From assembly GCA_963833985.1 (NCBI GenBank), contig CAWIAD010000002.1, forward strand, positions 2,400,001-2,464,000: a stretch of DNA of 64,000 nt, written 5' to 3'. Below, piece by piece: positions 1-12,464 of this stretch. This DNA is from an uncultured Planctomycetaceae bacterium. GTDB taxonomy: Bacteria; Planctomycetota; Planctomycetia; Isosphaerales; Isosphaeraceae. The translations under genes and the position numbers were made by a program. The notes under the pieces were generated by a model. It ran no database searches. It saw only the letters and a list, made by a program, of their open reading frames with translations, and had not been told where the DNA came from. Each line of letters opens with the position of its first letter. The first letter of the stretch is position 1.

Positions 1-3000
1 GGCGGTCCACGGTCAAGATCGCCCATCGGCTGGGGTGGGAGATCGCCGACCCATACCAGGACTGGGTGGAGGATACCCTTCCTGAGGCCAGAGCGCTGAC
101 TGCCCAGCGCCACTGGTCGAATACGACTCGGGGGCTGCTCAGTCTGACTCTGATAATCAGATCAGCGTCGGGGAGCCGGGCGAAGCTTGCACGCACGCTC
201 CGCACCCTGCGGCAGCAGACTTACGGTCACTGGTCCACCGTGGTTCTGGCAGACGGCGACTCGGAGCAGGAACTGTCGCAACAGCTCTCGGAGTCCGGTG
301 CCGATTTCTTGGGCGTTCTTGAAGCGGGCGACACGCTCTCCCCTGAAGCACTCTACGAGTTCGCGCGAGCCATTCTTGCCGCAGGGCCCCAACCCGATGT
401 GCTGTATTGCGACGAGGATCGCCTGGCTTCCAATGGAAGGACGCGGCGCAGTCCCATATTCAAGCCGAGCTGGTCGCCGGACACCGCGCTGGGATGCCAC
501 TACACGGGACGGCTGACTCTGGCCCGGCTCGCCCTGGTGCGTGAGGTGGGGGGATATGATCCTTCGCTCGGCGATGCCGCGGAGTGGGATCTCTTACTGC
601 GGCTCTCCGAGCGCACTGATCGCATCGTCCGCATTCCCCTCTGCCTCCTGCATCGAGGTGGGCCGGTCCGCTGCGGAGACGTCAAACTTCGCCAGCGGGT
701 GCTCCAGGCGCATCTGGAGAGGACAGGAATGCCCCAGCCTCATGCCGTGGAACAACCTAACCAGACGTTTCGCGTTGGCTGGTCAATGAGCCGTTTCCCT
801 ACGGTCAGTGTAATTATCCCCACTGTGGACAAGCCAGAATTGATCTCTCGCTGCGTCCACGATCTGCGCGAGAAGACCGACTATCCGAACCTGGAAATCA
901 TCCTCGTTGACAGCGGCAGCACCGACCCGAGAACGCGCGCGCTTTACGACCAGTGGAAGCGCTCCGGGTGGGTATCCCTGGTGGAATGGAAGCGACCTTT
1001 CAACTACTCGGCTGCCTGCAACCGGGGGGCTGCATCGGCCAGTGGCGAGCTTCTGCTCTTCTTGAATAACGATATGGAGGTCATGGAAGCCGATTGGCTG
1101 GAGGAACTGGTGCGCTGGGCGGACCGTCCCGGCGTGGGCGTGGTGGGAACGAAACTACTCTATCCGCACGGTACGATCCAGCATGCGGGGGTTGGCCTGC
1201 AAAATCTCGGTACCTTGCTGTTCGTAAACGGATCAGACGACCGCAGCACGCCGCCGCCGGACACTCTCTTCGGCACCCCGAACGCATATCGCAACGTGAG
1301 CGCTGTAATCGGCGCTTGCCAGATCGTGAAGCGCAGTCTTTTCAATCTCATCGGCGGATACGACGAGCGGTCTCTGATCGCTTGCAGCGATGTCATTCTC
1401 TGCGTCAGGGCCGCGCAGCTCGGGTACCGCTGTTGCTATACGCCCTATGCGGCCCTGGTCCATCACGAGGGGAGCACACGAGGGCACTCCAACCCCGATG
1501 AGGATCTGGGCCTGCTCGCTTCGGTACTGCGGGAGACCGGGTACGAGGAGGATCCCTACGTTCACCCGGATCTGGATTATCGCGACGTGCAACCAGGGAT
1601 CCGTCCGATCTGGCTGGAGACCTCTGGCGAACAGTTGAGGCGGCGCATCGTGGAAATGACGCCTTTCGTATTTCCTCGAGAACCGGTCGCGATCGATCCA
1701 GCCTGGTCTGCGCGGCCGATGCTACGCAGGCTGTCGACTCGCTTCCCGCTCCGGGCAGCTTCCGCCGAGAGCGTCGGCCAGAGCAGTGCGGACGCTGCCT
1801 GGTTCGTCATCGAGTTGCTCCTCCATGACGAAAGCGTCTCCCAGCGCTTTCCGCACGCACTGTCCGCGGGGGCGGACGGCCCGTTCTGCCGCTGGCTCTG
1901 CACTGAAGCGATCGCTCAGCGCGAACTGCCCGGAGCAACGGCAGAAACATTCCGACTTGTATTCGAGTCGCAACCGGGGTCACAGGTGAGCCGGTTGCTC
2001 GATTACCGGGGGTTCGAGAACTGGTCGCTACGGATCGCCCGACTACCGCATCTCATCGACCAACTCGGAGCCTGGCTGCTTCAGAACAGCAGCCAAACAG
2101 GGATGCTCCATCAACAGATCTGGTGGTTCTTGCTGGAGGCCGCAGAGAGCCCGGTCCAGAACCTAATCCGAACGTACCTGGTCTCTCCTGGTTGGCAGAA
2201 GCATTTTCCCGACGCGCTGGGACGCTCCGGCTGGAGCCGGCTCAACGACTGGCTGCGGATTCGCTATGGACTCGACGCCCGCGAATGTGACATTTCGGAG
2301 TATGTACCATCCATTGCGATGGATCGGTCGCAGGCAGGATTCGGTCCATGGCCCGCTGGGGATCTCCCGTCGCCGCCGGCCGGACTGAATATCCTGGCGC
2401 ATTTCTGCACTCCATGCGGTATCCAGGCATCGGCGGTCTCGGTGCAACGTTCGCTGGAAATGGTCGGAGTCGGAACGTCCTGTCGAGATGTGATCACTGA
2501 AGCCCGCTCCTTGAAGCTCGACCGATCGCCTTATTTGGGCCTGGAAGTCTACCCTCAGACGCTGATTCACATCCAGCCCGACGCTTTTTTTGATCGCTGC
2601 TACGAGCGGGCGGAACTGGTCCCGCGTTCCGGCATCTACAAGATCGGCATGTGGTACTGGGAATTCGCAAAAGTACCTCCCAGATGGAAGCAGGCTGTGG
2701 AGTCAATCGATGAGTTCTGGGCTCCCTCTCGCTTCGTTGCTCGAGCGATGAGAGAGACTTTTGATGTACCCGTCATCGAGCTGATGCCAGGCGTGCAGGT
2801 TGGAGAGATCGCTCCCTTTGATCGCGCTCGCCTCCGCATCCCCGGGACGCATACGTTCTTCCTCTTTATATTTGATGCCGGAAGTGTCACCGAACGGAAG
2901 AACCCTCAGGGTGTGATCGAGGCCTTCCGCCGCGCATTCCGTGCGGACGACGACGCGACGCTCGTGATCAAGGCCGGAAACTTGAAGAAGGATCCCCACA

Positions 3001-3498
3001 CAGGAGCCGTGCTGCGTGAGGCCGCTCGAGCCAGTGCGACCCTTCTTCTTGAGGAACACTTGCCGAGAAGCGAATTAAACGGCCTCATGCAAGCTTGCGA
3101 CTGCTACGTATCGCTGCATCGGTCCGAAGGGTTCGGGCTCACCATGGCCGAGGCGATGCTGCTCGGTAAACCCGTGATTGGAACGGCATACTCGGCCAAC
3201 ACGGAATTCATGGATTCGAGTAACTCGCTGCTGGTGGATTACAAGCTCGTTCCCGTCGGGCGTCAGCTCGGTCCGTACTCGGACGACCTGATCTGGGCAG
3301 AACCCTCAATTGAACAGGCCGCTGAGGCCATGCGCTGGGTTCATGAAAACCGTGACCAGGCGCGACGTCTGGGCGAGGAAGCACGCAACTCCGCCGAGGA
3401 TCGGCTTTCCCTTCGGGCTGCCGGACAGAGATTTGCGCCGCCTCGAAGAGATCAGCTCGGATCGGCTGGCCAGACCTGCGTCAGTCAGGCGTTCCTGA
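1..3498 (+). CDS. Multidomain glycosyltransferase paralogue 1 (GT2-GT2-linker-GT4), 5'-truncated by the window edge, apparent indel near 3435
   Basis: Frame is open from the window start (YQDWVEDT aligns with YQGWINET of paralogue 2). GT2 motifs YCDED, VSVIIPT, LFLNNDME, HHEGSTRG; GT4 motifs WYWE, ERKNP, YVSLHRSEGFGL..AEAM. The natural C-terminus RRLEEISSDRLARPASVRRS-stop lies in another frame ending at TGA 3498, just before ATG 3501. Confidence 0.85.
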
Positions 3499-3500
3499 CC

Positions 3501-6500
3501 ATGATTCACGAGTGGAACCGATTCATGACCTGGCGGCAGAATACGATCATCGCGGTAGTGGAGCGAATCCCGAGGAACTTCCGGAAGCTTCAGAAGGTGA
3601 TCCGGCAGAAAGGGCTGGTCAGGACGTCAAGGCAAGGCTGGGCGCGTGTGCGACGGAGACTGCAAGACGGCAGCCCTTGGTCCCTGGGTCACTGGTTGAA
3701 ACAGCACCGCCGGGCCGGCCTTGCCGAGCGGCTGCAACAGCTCTGGAGAACGGCCCGCCGTCGCACGCGAGGGTCCTCCTCGACCGATTATCAGGGCTGG
3801 ATCAACGAAACCGAGCCCACGTCCAGGGAACTTGCACGCCAGCGCCGATGGTCGCGTACGGCGAACGACCTGCCGCAATTCCTGCTGATCATCACCAAGG
3901 AAGGATGCTCGGCGGAAGACGCGTCACGCACCGAGCGGAGCCTGAGGCGGCAGACCTATGATCGCTGGATGCCAGTCTTTACTCAATCGCTGTCGACTCT
4001 GAAAGCCGAGCAAACCGTTTTCGACTCAATGAAATACAACTTTGTGGGGGTCATGCAGGCGGGAGACACACTGTCTCCAGAGGCGCTCTACGAGTTCGCC
4101 CGAGCTGCCATCGAACTTCCCCACGACCGGCCGGCAATGATCTACTGCGATGAGGACCATCTGGCAGCCGATGGCTGGACCCGATCTGAGCCGATCCTCA
4201 AGCCTGCGTGGTCATCGGAGATGCTTCTGGGATACGATTACATGGGCCGGCTGACGCTCTTTCGCCGCGACCTCATGGAACAGGCCGGGGGATTCGACCC
4301 TGAACTGGGGGAGGCCGCGCTCTGGGACCTGAAGCTGCGCGTCTCGTGCCTGTCGCAGCACATCACCAGGATCACCAGGTGCCTCTACCACAATTGTGGC
4401 GAGACGGATCCCCGGCCACTGAACCGGAGCGAGTTTCAGGGCCGGTCTGCGCTCTTGGCTCATGTCGCTCGCCAGGGCATTACGTGTAGCGAGGCGGCTC
4501 TTCAGGCCAACGGCACCTTCCGCGTTCGCTGGCCGCTCACCGAGCACCCGCTCGTCAGCGTGATCATCCCGACGGTGAATAGCCCACACCGCATCGACAA
4601 GTGCGTTCGCGGGTTGATCGAGGCGACCGGCTATCCCAACAAGGAGATCATCCTCGTCGACAATGGGAGCACATGTGCGGAAACGCTCGCACTCTACGAC
4701 CATTGGCTGACGGAAGCAGCGGTCAAGACAATCTCCTTCGATCGGCCCTTCAATTACTCCGCTGCCTGCAATGCCGGCGCCGACGCCGCCACGGGAGACT
4801 ACCTGCTTTTCCTGAATAACGATATCGAATTCCCTGAGCCCGACTGGCTGGAAGAGCTTTTGATGTGGGCGCAGCGTCCCGGCGTGGGGATTGTCGGTCC
4901 CAGGATGATCCATCCCAGCGGTCAGCTCAACCACGCGGGGATCGCCGTAACTCTAGACGTGTATCTAAACTTGTACATTGATCAGGCCGAGGCCCGATGG
5001 GGAATCTTCGGCCACGCGGACACGTACCGGAATTTCTCAGGGCTGCTCGGCGCCTGCCATTTGATGTCACGCACGACATACAACCGCCTGGGGGGCTACG
5101 ACGAGCGTTACCTACTGGTGTGCAGCGACATCGCGATCTGCCTTGAGTCCTGCCGGGCAGGCCTGCGCAACGTTTACACGCCTTATTCCTTGCTGATTCA
5201 CGACGAGAGCACGACCCGTAAGGGTCTCGGAGACCCTGCGGACGACCGGAACCTGGCTGCCGCGGAGATCCTGCGTCACGGCTATCTGGAAGATCCCTAC
5301 TTCCACCCCGCACTCGGGGCTCGTGCGGTCTCACCAAGGCTACGATCGTCCTACGAGCCCAGTTCTGTAGAGTATTTTGCATGGCTTCGAACAAAGGATA
5401 ATCCGCGCGCCGTAGACGATATCAAGCTTGATATCTTTGATGACACATCCGTGCGGCGCGTAGCGGGCACGTGGCCGGCAGGCCTCGAGTGTGCGCCGGT
5501 AACCCCTGAGCGGATCGCCGCGGATGTTGATTCGGCCGCACGTTTCATCGTTCACCTTCTGCGCGCCGACACGGATTTGCGCCGGTCGTTCCCAAACGCT
5601 CTTTCCGCCGGATCTGAGGGCGACTTTTGTCGATGGCTGTGCTCACCGGAAGGACAGTCCCGGTATGGCCTTTCCTCCGCGGCTGTGACGAGGATCCGCG
5701 CGACGTTCGAGACAATGCAGTCATCGAGAATCCGGCAACTGTACGAGATGCGCGTCGATTTGCAGCTCTGCTTTCCACTCGCTTACCTGGCTGCCGGACG
5801 CGGTCGCTTCTTCCGCTGGCTGATCACCGAGGGTCGGGAGGAAATCGACATCGGCGATGGCGAGATCTGGTGGTTCCTTCTCGAGTGCGACGAGGATCAG
5901 GCACGTGAGCTGATCCGTACGTACCTGAACTCTCCATGGTGGCAACGGTTCTTTCCCGACGCCTTGACTCTGCCTGGGTGGGGGCGTTTCACCAGATGGC
6001 TGGAGGCCCGGCACGGCGTTGCCGCAATTGAAATCAACTATCGGCGGTACTCGGGCTTGAGACCCATCGACGAGCTGCATCTTGCCTACGGGTGTCGGGG
6101 AAACTGGCGCAGGGACTTCCCGGATGCCCTGCAAGACACGACGGCCTTGAATGAGCTTCTCAACGGGATTCGGGAGCACGAGGGAGCCGCCGACCAGCAG
6201 CTCGCGGAGTGGACCCGCCAGGTCCAGAACGATCTCGATGAGTCCTCTGGCATCCGGCAGGGCATCAATGTCCTGGCATTCTTTTGTTACCCGCATGGCC
6301 TTCAGGAGTCGGCCTCATCGTACGTGCGCTGCTTGCGACTTGCGGGTACGCCAGTCTCTTGCCGCGACGTTCCCATTCTCATCAGTCCGGAGAACCGCAA
6401 GCGGGATGAATTTCTCGGCCTGGAAATCTTTGACACCACGCTCATTCACGTGCAACCCGAGTCTCACTTTTCGAATGTCTATGAACGCGCGCTGCTGGCT

Positions 6501-7386
6501 CCGCGCCCGGATACGCACCGTATCGCCGTGTGGTGGTGGGAGACCGATGCCGTGCCCGACCACTGGAGGGAGACCGCCAGGTCCGTTCACGAGCTCTGGG
6601 CCGCGTCGCGCTTCGTTACCGAAGGGCTGCGCAAGACCGTCGAGGTTCCCGTGTTTCATATGCCGCTTGGTTATGAGACCGGCCCGGTGCGGAACATTGA
6701 TCTGGCCAGCTATGGTGTTCCGGCCGGTTCGTTTGTCTTCCTCTTCATCTTCGACTTCAATAGCACCCTGGCGCAAGAATCCGCTGGGGCTGATCTCGGC
6801 CTTCAGGCAGGCGTTTCAGAACGGGGAGCAGGTCGCACTGGTCCTGAAGGTCTCACGCGGCAAGAGCTTCCCCGAGGATTTCCAGCGTCTCGAGCGGGCG
6901 GCGAAAAAGGCCGGCGTGATTCTGATCGATCAGAGGCTTCCCCGGGACGAGCTCAACGGCCTGATTGCTGCATGCGATTGCTATGTCTCGCTGCACCGGA
7001 GCGAGGGCCTGGGTCTGACACTGGCCGAGGCCATGATGCTGGGCAAGCCCGCCATCGCCACGGCTTACTCGGGAAACCTCGATTTCATGGACGAAAGCAA
7101 TTCACTGCTCGTTGGATATGAGATGATCGAGATTGAAGAGGACTCCGGTCCCTACGGGAAGGGACAGCGCTGGGCCGAGCCATCCGTCGCGGAAGCCGCG
7201 CGGGCGATGCGCTGGGTCTTCGAGCATCCCCACGAGGCGCGATTGCTCGGCGAGCGGGCCCGAGAGACGACGATCCAGCATTTCTCACCGGAGTTGTGCG
7301 GGCGCCGGATGCGAGAGCGATTGGAGCAGATTCAATGCGAGCGCCGGAAACGGGTGAGCGCACGCCTCACGCGGACCGGTGTGTGA
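3501..7386 (+). CDS. Multidomain glycosyltransferase paralogue 2 (GT2-GT2-linker-GT4), apparent indel near 6770
   Basis: Same domain order as paralogue 1 (YCDED, LFLNNDIE, HDESTTR, WWWE). After FDFNSTLA the homologous RKNPLGLISAF...YVSLHRSEGLGL continues in the 6151..7386 frame. Confidence 0.85.
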
Positions 7387-7579
7387 TCGGGGTCTCGAAA
7401 CTCGAGATTCAAGCAAACGGCGATCAAAGTGGCATTCGCGCGATCGCCGTGATGGGATCGGAAAACGTATGATGGACCACGAGAAGCTTTCGACCAGGAT
7501 TCCCGGGAAGCGATAACTTCAACATCCGTCTGAGGTTCCTGAAAACCTCTGGGCGTAAAGCAGGGTGAGCCTTGCGGCA

Positions 7580-8743
7580 ATGAAACGAGTCGGAGTCATA
7601 GAGAAATCGCTGAACCCGCTATCGCGCCAAACATGGGTGTACGTCTGGTACAAGCTGCGGGCGATTCGCTACCAGATCGCTGACCGTGTGAACGCGCGGT
7701 CGGGATGGTGGGCGCGGAGGATCCGCTGGCCTCTCGGATTGGGAATGCCTGGTCACTGGAAGGAAATCCACGTCCTGCGAGTTGGCGGAATTGGTGATGC
7801 TCTGATGAGCATGCCTGCACTTCGGTTGCTCAAGAAAGAGCGGCCCGAAGTGCGGATCGTGTACTACACGCCGCACGCCGGCGCGGTACAGGGCTTGCCG
7901 TTCCTGGATGAGGTGCGGCCGGTCGAGGATTATCCTTTGCCGTCGGCCGTCTGGTCGCTGGCCACGCCGCGGGTCGTGTTGCATCTCCGCGTCGTGAGTG
8001 GCTATCGCCACGGCTACGTCGAACTTCTCTACGAGGCGTCCATCCCTCCGCAACGGCATATCGCGCGGATTTACGGCGATCAGCTCGGTCTCGACGTGCG
8101 CGACATCCGGCCTTCGTGCGTCTTTGACTTGAATGTCATCCAGGAATACAAGGATGCATGGACGAGGTTGCCGCGCCCCTGGGTGCTCATCAATCGAAAA
8201 ACGAACAACAGTCCGAACAAGGATTGGATGGACGAGAACTGGGATCATCTCATCACCGAACTGCTGAAACGCTACACGGTCATCGAGATCGGTGCGGGGC
8301 CCGACCATGGCGTCCGGCCCCAGCATCCGCACTATGTGGACCAGATCGGCAGGCTTTCCCTGGACCGGTTCCTGGCCGTGATCGCGGCCGCGGACCTGCA
8401 TGTGGGGCCGGTCTCCGGACCACTTCACATCGCCGCGGCCGCCGGCAAGCGCTCGGTCGTCATCTACGGCGGCTACGAACATCCCGACTGCTCGAGCTAT
8501 CCGGGAGACATCAATCTGTATACGGACTTGACTTGCTCCCCCTGCTGGCTGCTCACCGAACCGTGCCCGATCGACCGCGTCTGCCTGAGGAGGATTTCGA
8601 CCAGGCACGTCGAGGAAGCGATTCAATCCCTCATCCGGGCTGGATTACCGGATACCCACGGCCAGGTCGCTGTGCCTGTACTTTCGGATGCGCAGGCAAG
8701 CGTCTCGTCCCACGACACAGGTTCCCTTACCTATGAACCATAA
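7580..8743 (+). CDS. Glycosyltransferase family 9 (heptosyltransferase-like)
   Basis: GGIGDALM N-terminal motif, NKDW, GPVSGPLHIAAA, C-terminal CSPC...CPIDRVC cysteine cluster typical of GT9. Confidence 0.85.
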   Translation: MKRVGVIEKSLNPLSRQTWVYVWYKLRAIRYQIADRVNARSGWWARRIRWPLGLGMPGHWKEIHVLRVGGIGDALMSMPALRLLKKERPEVRIVYYTPHAGAVQGLPFLDEVRPVEDYPLPSAVWSLATPRVVLHLRVVSGYRHGYVELLYEASIPPQRHIARIYGDQLGLDVRDIRPSCVFDLNVIQEYKDAWTRLPRPWVLINRKTNNSPNKDWMDENWDHLITELLKRYTVIEIGAGPDHGVRPQHPHYVDQIGRLSLDRFLAVIAAADLHVGPVSGPLHIAAAAGKRSVVIYGGYEHPDCSSYPGDINLYTDLTCSPCWLLTEPCPIDRVCLRRISTRHVEEAIQSLIRAGLPDTHGQVAVPVLSDAQASVSSHDTGSLTYEP

Positions 8744-9851
8744 TCCATCAAGCGATATCGAATTGTATTTTCCTGTAAAAGACCGGGCATTTCACTGGGT
8801 ACGCAATGGCTCGCTCTATTCTCCCGCAGCGACGCAAAGGGGGATCAAGGTCCGCGCGATGTTTCGCGAGGAGGAAATGGGCGCGGGTGTGCCTGTGTTC
8901 GATCGTTTCGAGTCTGGCTTTTACTTTCGCAAGCTCCATTCGCTCTGCGTGTCCGCCGGCATCCCCTACCTGGTAGACCTGGATGACCTGATCTGGGATT
9001 TGCCGAAGTTCTCGAACCAGTACTACGCTCCCCCGAAGTACCTGCTGGAGTTCCCAGAGCAATTGATGTCGAGAGCGGCCGGCATCACGGTTTCCACTCT
9101 CGAGCTGAAGGAACAGGTTGAACACCGGTTCCCAGGCAGCCAAGTTTTCCTTGTCGAGAACTGCCTGCCGGCCTGGACCGCACCGAAGTCGGGTGCGCTG
9201 ATCGCGAATACGGACGCCTTCAAGATGGGCGAAGGTGAGGTGAGCTGGTTCATCGACTTGCTACGGCTGATTTTCGACCGCGGCCTGTCGATTCAGCTTC
9301 TGGGGCACAACCAGAATCTCCTGGAACGTTGCGGCGATATCGTGGTTCATTCTTTGCCGATGATGGAATACAAAGATTACCTTCACAACCTCGCCGTGAC
9401 GGACTACGCCCTGGGATTGATTCCGGTCGAGCAATCAATCCACGCCGACTGCAAGTCCGCCATCAAGGCGATCGAGTTCACCGCTCAGAGGGTGCCGACG
9501 ATCGCCAGCGACATTGCTCCCTACCGGCGCTTTGCCGATCGCCACGACATGGCTGATTTCGTGCTCGTTCCAAACACCTTCGAGGCATGGAGAAACGCCC
9601 TGGAAGCCCTCATTCGGCGAATTCCCGAACCCGAACTCGAGCGTGGTCGGAAGATTAACATGATGCTCAAGGCAACCCGGGATACTCAGCTCCAGCAGTG
9701 GCTTTGCGTGCTCGACTTCCTGCGGGATCGCCAGCCAGACGGTGCAATAATGAAGGCGGTTCGCCGCAAGCTGCGGCCCTACCGCTTCGCGTACAACAAT
9801 GTGCGGCCGATCCTGCTCCCCGTCCGAAGTTTCCTGCGAGGAGGTTCATGA
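8733..9851 (+). CDS. Glycosyltransferase-like protein (GT-B fold)
   Basis: VDLDDLIW, ITVST..L, CKSAIKAIEF...TIASDIAPY motifs; ATG 8733 overlaps the upstream stop region. Confidence 0.7.
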   Translation: MNHNPSSDIELYFPVKDRAFHWVRNGSLYSPAATQRGIKVRAMFREEEMGAGVPVFDRFESGFYFRKLHSLCVSAGIPYLVDLDDLIWDLPKFSNQYYAPPKYLLEFPEQLMSRAAGITVSTLELKEQVEHRFPGSQVFLVENCLPAWTAPKSGALIANTDAFKMGEGEVSWFIDLLRLIFDRGLSIQLLGHNQNLLERCGDIVVHSLPMMEYKDYLHNLAVTDYALGLIPVEQSIHADCKSAIKAIEFTAQRVPTIASDIAPYRRFADRHDMADFVLVPNTFEAWRNALEALIRRIPEPELERGRKINMMLKATRDTQLQQWLCVLDFLRDRQPDGAIMKAVRRKLRPYRFAYNNVRPILLPVRSFLRGGS

Positions 9852-9882
9852 GCGGACGAGGGGAAATCGAGGAGTGCAGAAC

Positions 9883-10911
9883 ATGCCCAGAGTGACTGTA
9901 GTGACACCGAATTTCAATCATGCTCGTTATCTGCCACAGCGCATCGAGAGCATCCTGGGCCAGACATTTGACGACTTCGAGTTGCTGATCCTGGACAATG
10001 CCTCCACCGATCACAGCCGCGACGTTATCGAGCCGTACACGACGCACCCGCGAGTGCGTGCGGTGTATAATCCGACCAATAATGGTAGCCCGTTCAAACA
10101 ATGGAGCGTCGGGCTAACGCAGGCACGGGGAGACTACGTCTGGTTTGCGGAATCGGACGATTACGCCGAGAGAGTGCTGCTGGAGACACTCGTTGATCGG
10201 CTGGATTGTCATCCGTCCGTGGGACTTGCCGTCTGTCAATCGTTGCTCGTCGACGAGGATGGCCAAGTCCTGGGAACCAGTGGAGATCTCCTGGAAAAAC
10301 AAGATCACAGCACGCACTGGCGCAACGATTACGTCAACTCGGGCCACGACGAGTGCAGAAACTACATGTTCTGGCACAATACCATTCCGAACGCGAGCGC
10401 GGTGCTCTGGCGCCGACATACCTTGCTACAGTCCGCAGGAGTGCCTGTCGACATGGCCCTGTGCGGCGACTGGATGGCTTACATCAACATGCTCCAGGTA
10501 TCTGACATTGCTTACGTCGCGGCGCCCCTCAATCACTTCAGGCAGCACCAGGCCACAGTTCGTACGAGAGCAAAGCGCCAGGGAACCGGAACACGAGAAA
10601 CGCTGCGGGTACAACAGGCGCTCGCGAACCGCTACGGTCTGCGGAGCCTGCGTCGTGATGCCGACACGTTCGTCAGTCAATATGTTGCGGACCTTATCAA
10701 CGGCTCGCGCATGCCCCCCCATAACAAGGTGCCCCCAACCGATGCGCTCAGGCTACTCGGCTGGTTCGCACGGATTCATCCCAGGGCGTTCTCGCTGGGG
10801 CTGCGGACCCTGTCGTTGGAGCAAGCGGCGGACCTGGCTCGCCGGGCAGGGGTCCTGAAGCTAGCGCGCAAGCTCAAAGGTGCGACGACGGCCGGTGGCC
10901 GGCAGCCCTGA
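9883..10911 (+). CDS. Glycosyltransferase family 2
   Basis: VTVVTPNFNHARYL..RIESILGQT, LDNASTD, WFAESDD; GAGGAG ribosome-binding site before ATG 9883. Confidence 0.9.
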   Translation: MPRVTVVTPNFNHARYLPQRIESILGQTFDDFELLILDNASTDHSRDVIEPYTTHPRVRAVYNPTNNGSPFKQWSVGLTQARGDYVWFAESDDYAERVLLETLVDRLDCHPSVGLAVCQSLLVDEDGQVLGTSGDLLEKQDHSTHWRNDYVNSGHDECRNYMFWHNTIPNASAVLWRRHTLLQSAGVPVDMALCGDWMAYINMLQVSDIAYVAAPLNHFRQHQATVRTRAKRQGTGTRETLRVQQALANRYGLRSLRRDADTFVSQYVADLINGSRMPPHNKVPPTDALRLLGWFARIHPRAFSLGLRTLSLEQAADLARRAGVLKLARKLKGATTAGGRQP

Positions 10912-11009
10912 TCGGAGGCTGTACCCATTGCAGTTCCGCACGCCGTACGGCCGGTCAGTTCGTCCGCGGCCGGCCCGTTCCAAAACGTCCATGGCTGGCC
11001 CGTCAGGTG

Positions 11010-12413
11010 TCAGCTCTGCTGGAGCTGGTTGATCTTGTTGTACAGCGTTTTGAGGCTGATCCCCAGCTCCTTGGAGGCGGCGGGCTTGTTGCCGTTGTGC
11101 TTCTCGAGGACGGCCTGGATGTAGCTCATCTCGATGTCGCGCAGGGTGGGCGAGCCTTCGGGGATGGTGAAGTGCGGAGACGAGATGGGCGGGTGGGCGG
11201 CAGCCGCGTGCTGGGTCCGGCCGCGTGCCGGGAACTGCGTCGGCAGGTGCTCGCCGCGGATCGGGCCGTTGCCGGCGAGGATCGATGCTCGCTCGATCGC
11301 GTTGGCCAGTTCGCGAATGTTCCCCGGCCAGTCGTGAGCCGCGAGGATCTCCAGTGATTCCGGGCTCAACGAGGATTCGTGGAGCCCGCGCCTCATGGTG
11401 TAGCGCAGCAGAAGATGCCTGGCCAGCTCGGGAATGTCGGCCCGCCGGTCGCGGAGCGCGGGCAGGACGATCTCGAAGGTATTCAGGCGGAAGAAGAGGT
11501 CCTCGCGGAACTGCTCGTTCTTCACCATATCGCGGAGCTCGCGGTTGGTGGCGCAGAGGACGCGGACATCGACCCGGAACGGCTCGTTCTCCCCGACGCG
11601 GCGGATCTCGCCCGCTTCCAAAAACCGGAGCAGCTTCACCTGGACGCTCTTGTCCAGTTCTCCCACCTCGTCCAGGAAGAGAGTCCCACCGTTGGCGACC
11701 TCGAAGAGCCCCTTGCGATTGGCGTCGGCACCGGTGAAGGCCCCCTTGCGGTGGCCGAAGAGCTCGCTCTCGACGAGGTTCTCCGGCAAGGCGCCGCAGT
11801 TGACGGGAATGAAGGCGCGGCTGGCGCGATCGCTCTTCTCGTGGAGGCTGCGCGCCACCAGTTCCTTGCCCGTCCCGGTCTCGCCGAGGATCATGACCGT
11901 GGCGTCCGAAGGGGCGATCGTGTCGATCAGCCTGCGCACCTGCTGCATTGCCGGCGTCTGCCCGATCAGGAGCGGGGCACCCTCGGCCTGCTTGAGCCGG
12001 GTCTCCAGGGCGGCGGTCTTGTTCGACAGGTCCCTGCGCTCGCTGATGCGCTGTAGCAGCACCTCGAGTTCGGCCCACTTGCACGGCTTGGTGAGGTAAT
12101 CAAAGGCGCCCAGCCGCAGCGCCTGGACGGCGGTATCCACTGTGGCCTGTCCGGTAAGGATGATCACCTGGGTCTCGGGGCTGAGCTGCTTGATCTGGCC
12201 CAGCACCTCGATACCGCTGATGCCGGGCATGCGGATATCCAGCAGGGCCGCGTCATATGATCCGCGCTCCAGCGCACGCAGCGCGGCCGCACCGTCACCG
12301 CAGACGGTCACCTCGTGACCCATACGGGGCAATTCCATGTGCATCAGGTCCCGGAGGTGCGCCTCGTCATCGGCGAACAAGACCCGTAAGCCAGCCTGGC
12401 GCATCTTCTCCAT
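11010..12413 (-). CDS. Sigma54-dependent response regulator (NtrC family: receiver, AAA+, Fis HTH)
   Basis: Receiver LFADDE/LLDIRMP, Walker A GETGTGKE, GAFTGA, LFLDEVGE, WPGNIREL, C-terminal HTH. Confidence 0.95.
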   Translation of the reverse strand: MEKMRQAGLRVLFADDEAHLRDLMHMELPRMGHEVTVCGDGAAALRALERGSYDAALLDIRMPGISGIEVLGQIKQLSPETQVIILTGQATVDTAVQALRLGAFDYLTKPCKWAELEVLLQRISERRDLSNKTAALETRLKQAEGAPLLIGQTPAMQQVRRLIDTIAPSDATVMILGETGTGKELVARSLHEKSDRASRAFIPVNCGALPENLVESELFGHRKGAFTGADANRKGLFEVANGGTLFLDEVGELDKSVQVKLLRFLEAGEIRRVGENEPFRVDVRVLCATNRELRDMVKNEQFREDLFFRLNTFEIVLPALRDRRADIPELARHLLLRYTMRRGLHESSLSPESLEILAAHDWPGNIRELANAIERASILAGNGPIRGEHLPTQFPARGRTQHAAAAHPPISSPHFTIPEGSPTLRDIEMSYIQAVLEKHNGNKPAASKELGISLKTLYNKINQLQQS

Positions 12414-12464
12414 GTTCGGCTCCTTCCACAATCGCCTGCGTCAGCCCCAATGCGGGCTCTTCGA

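Noticed and set aside
66..7121. Single 2351-aa glycosyltransferase
   Set aside because: Better explained as two paralogues fused by an indel near 3435: a stop at 3498 and ATG at 3501 exist, and the last ~115 aa are out of frame.
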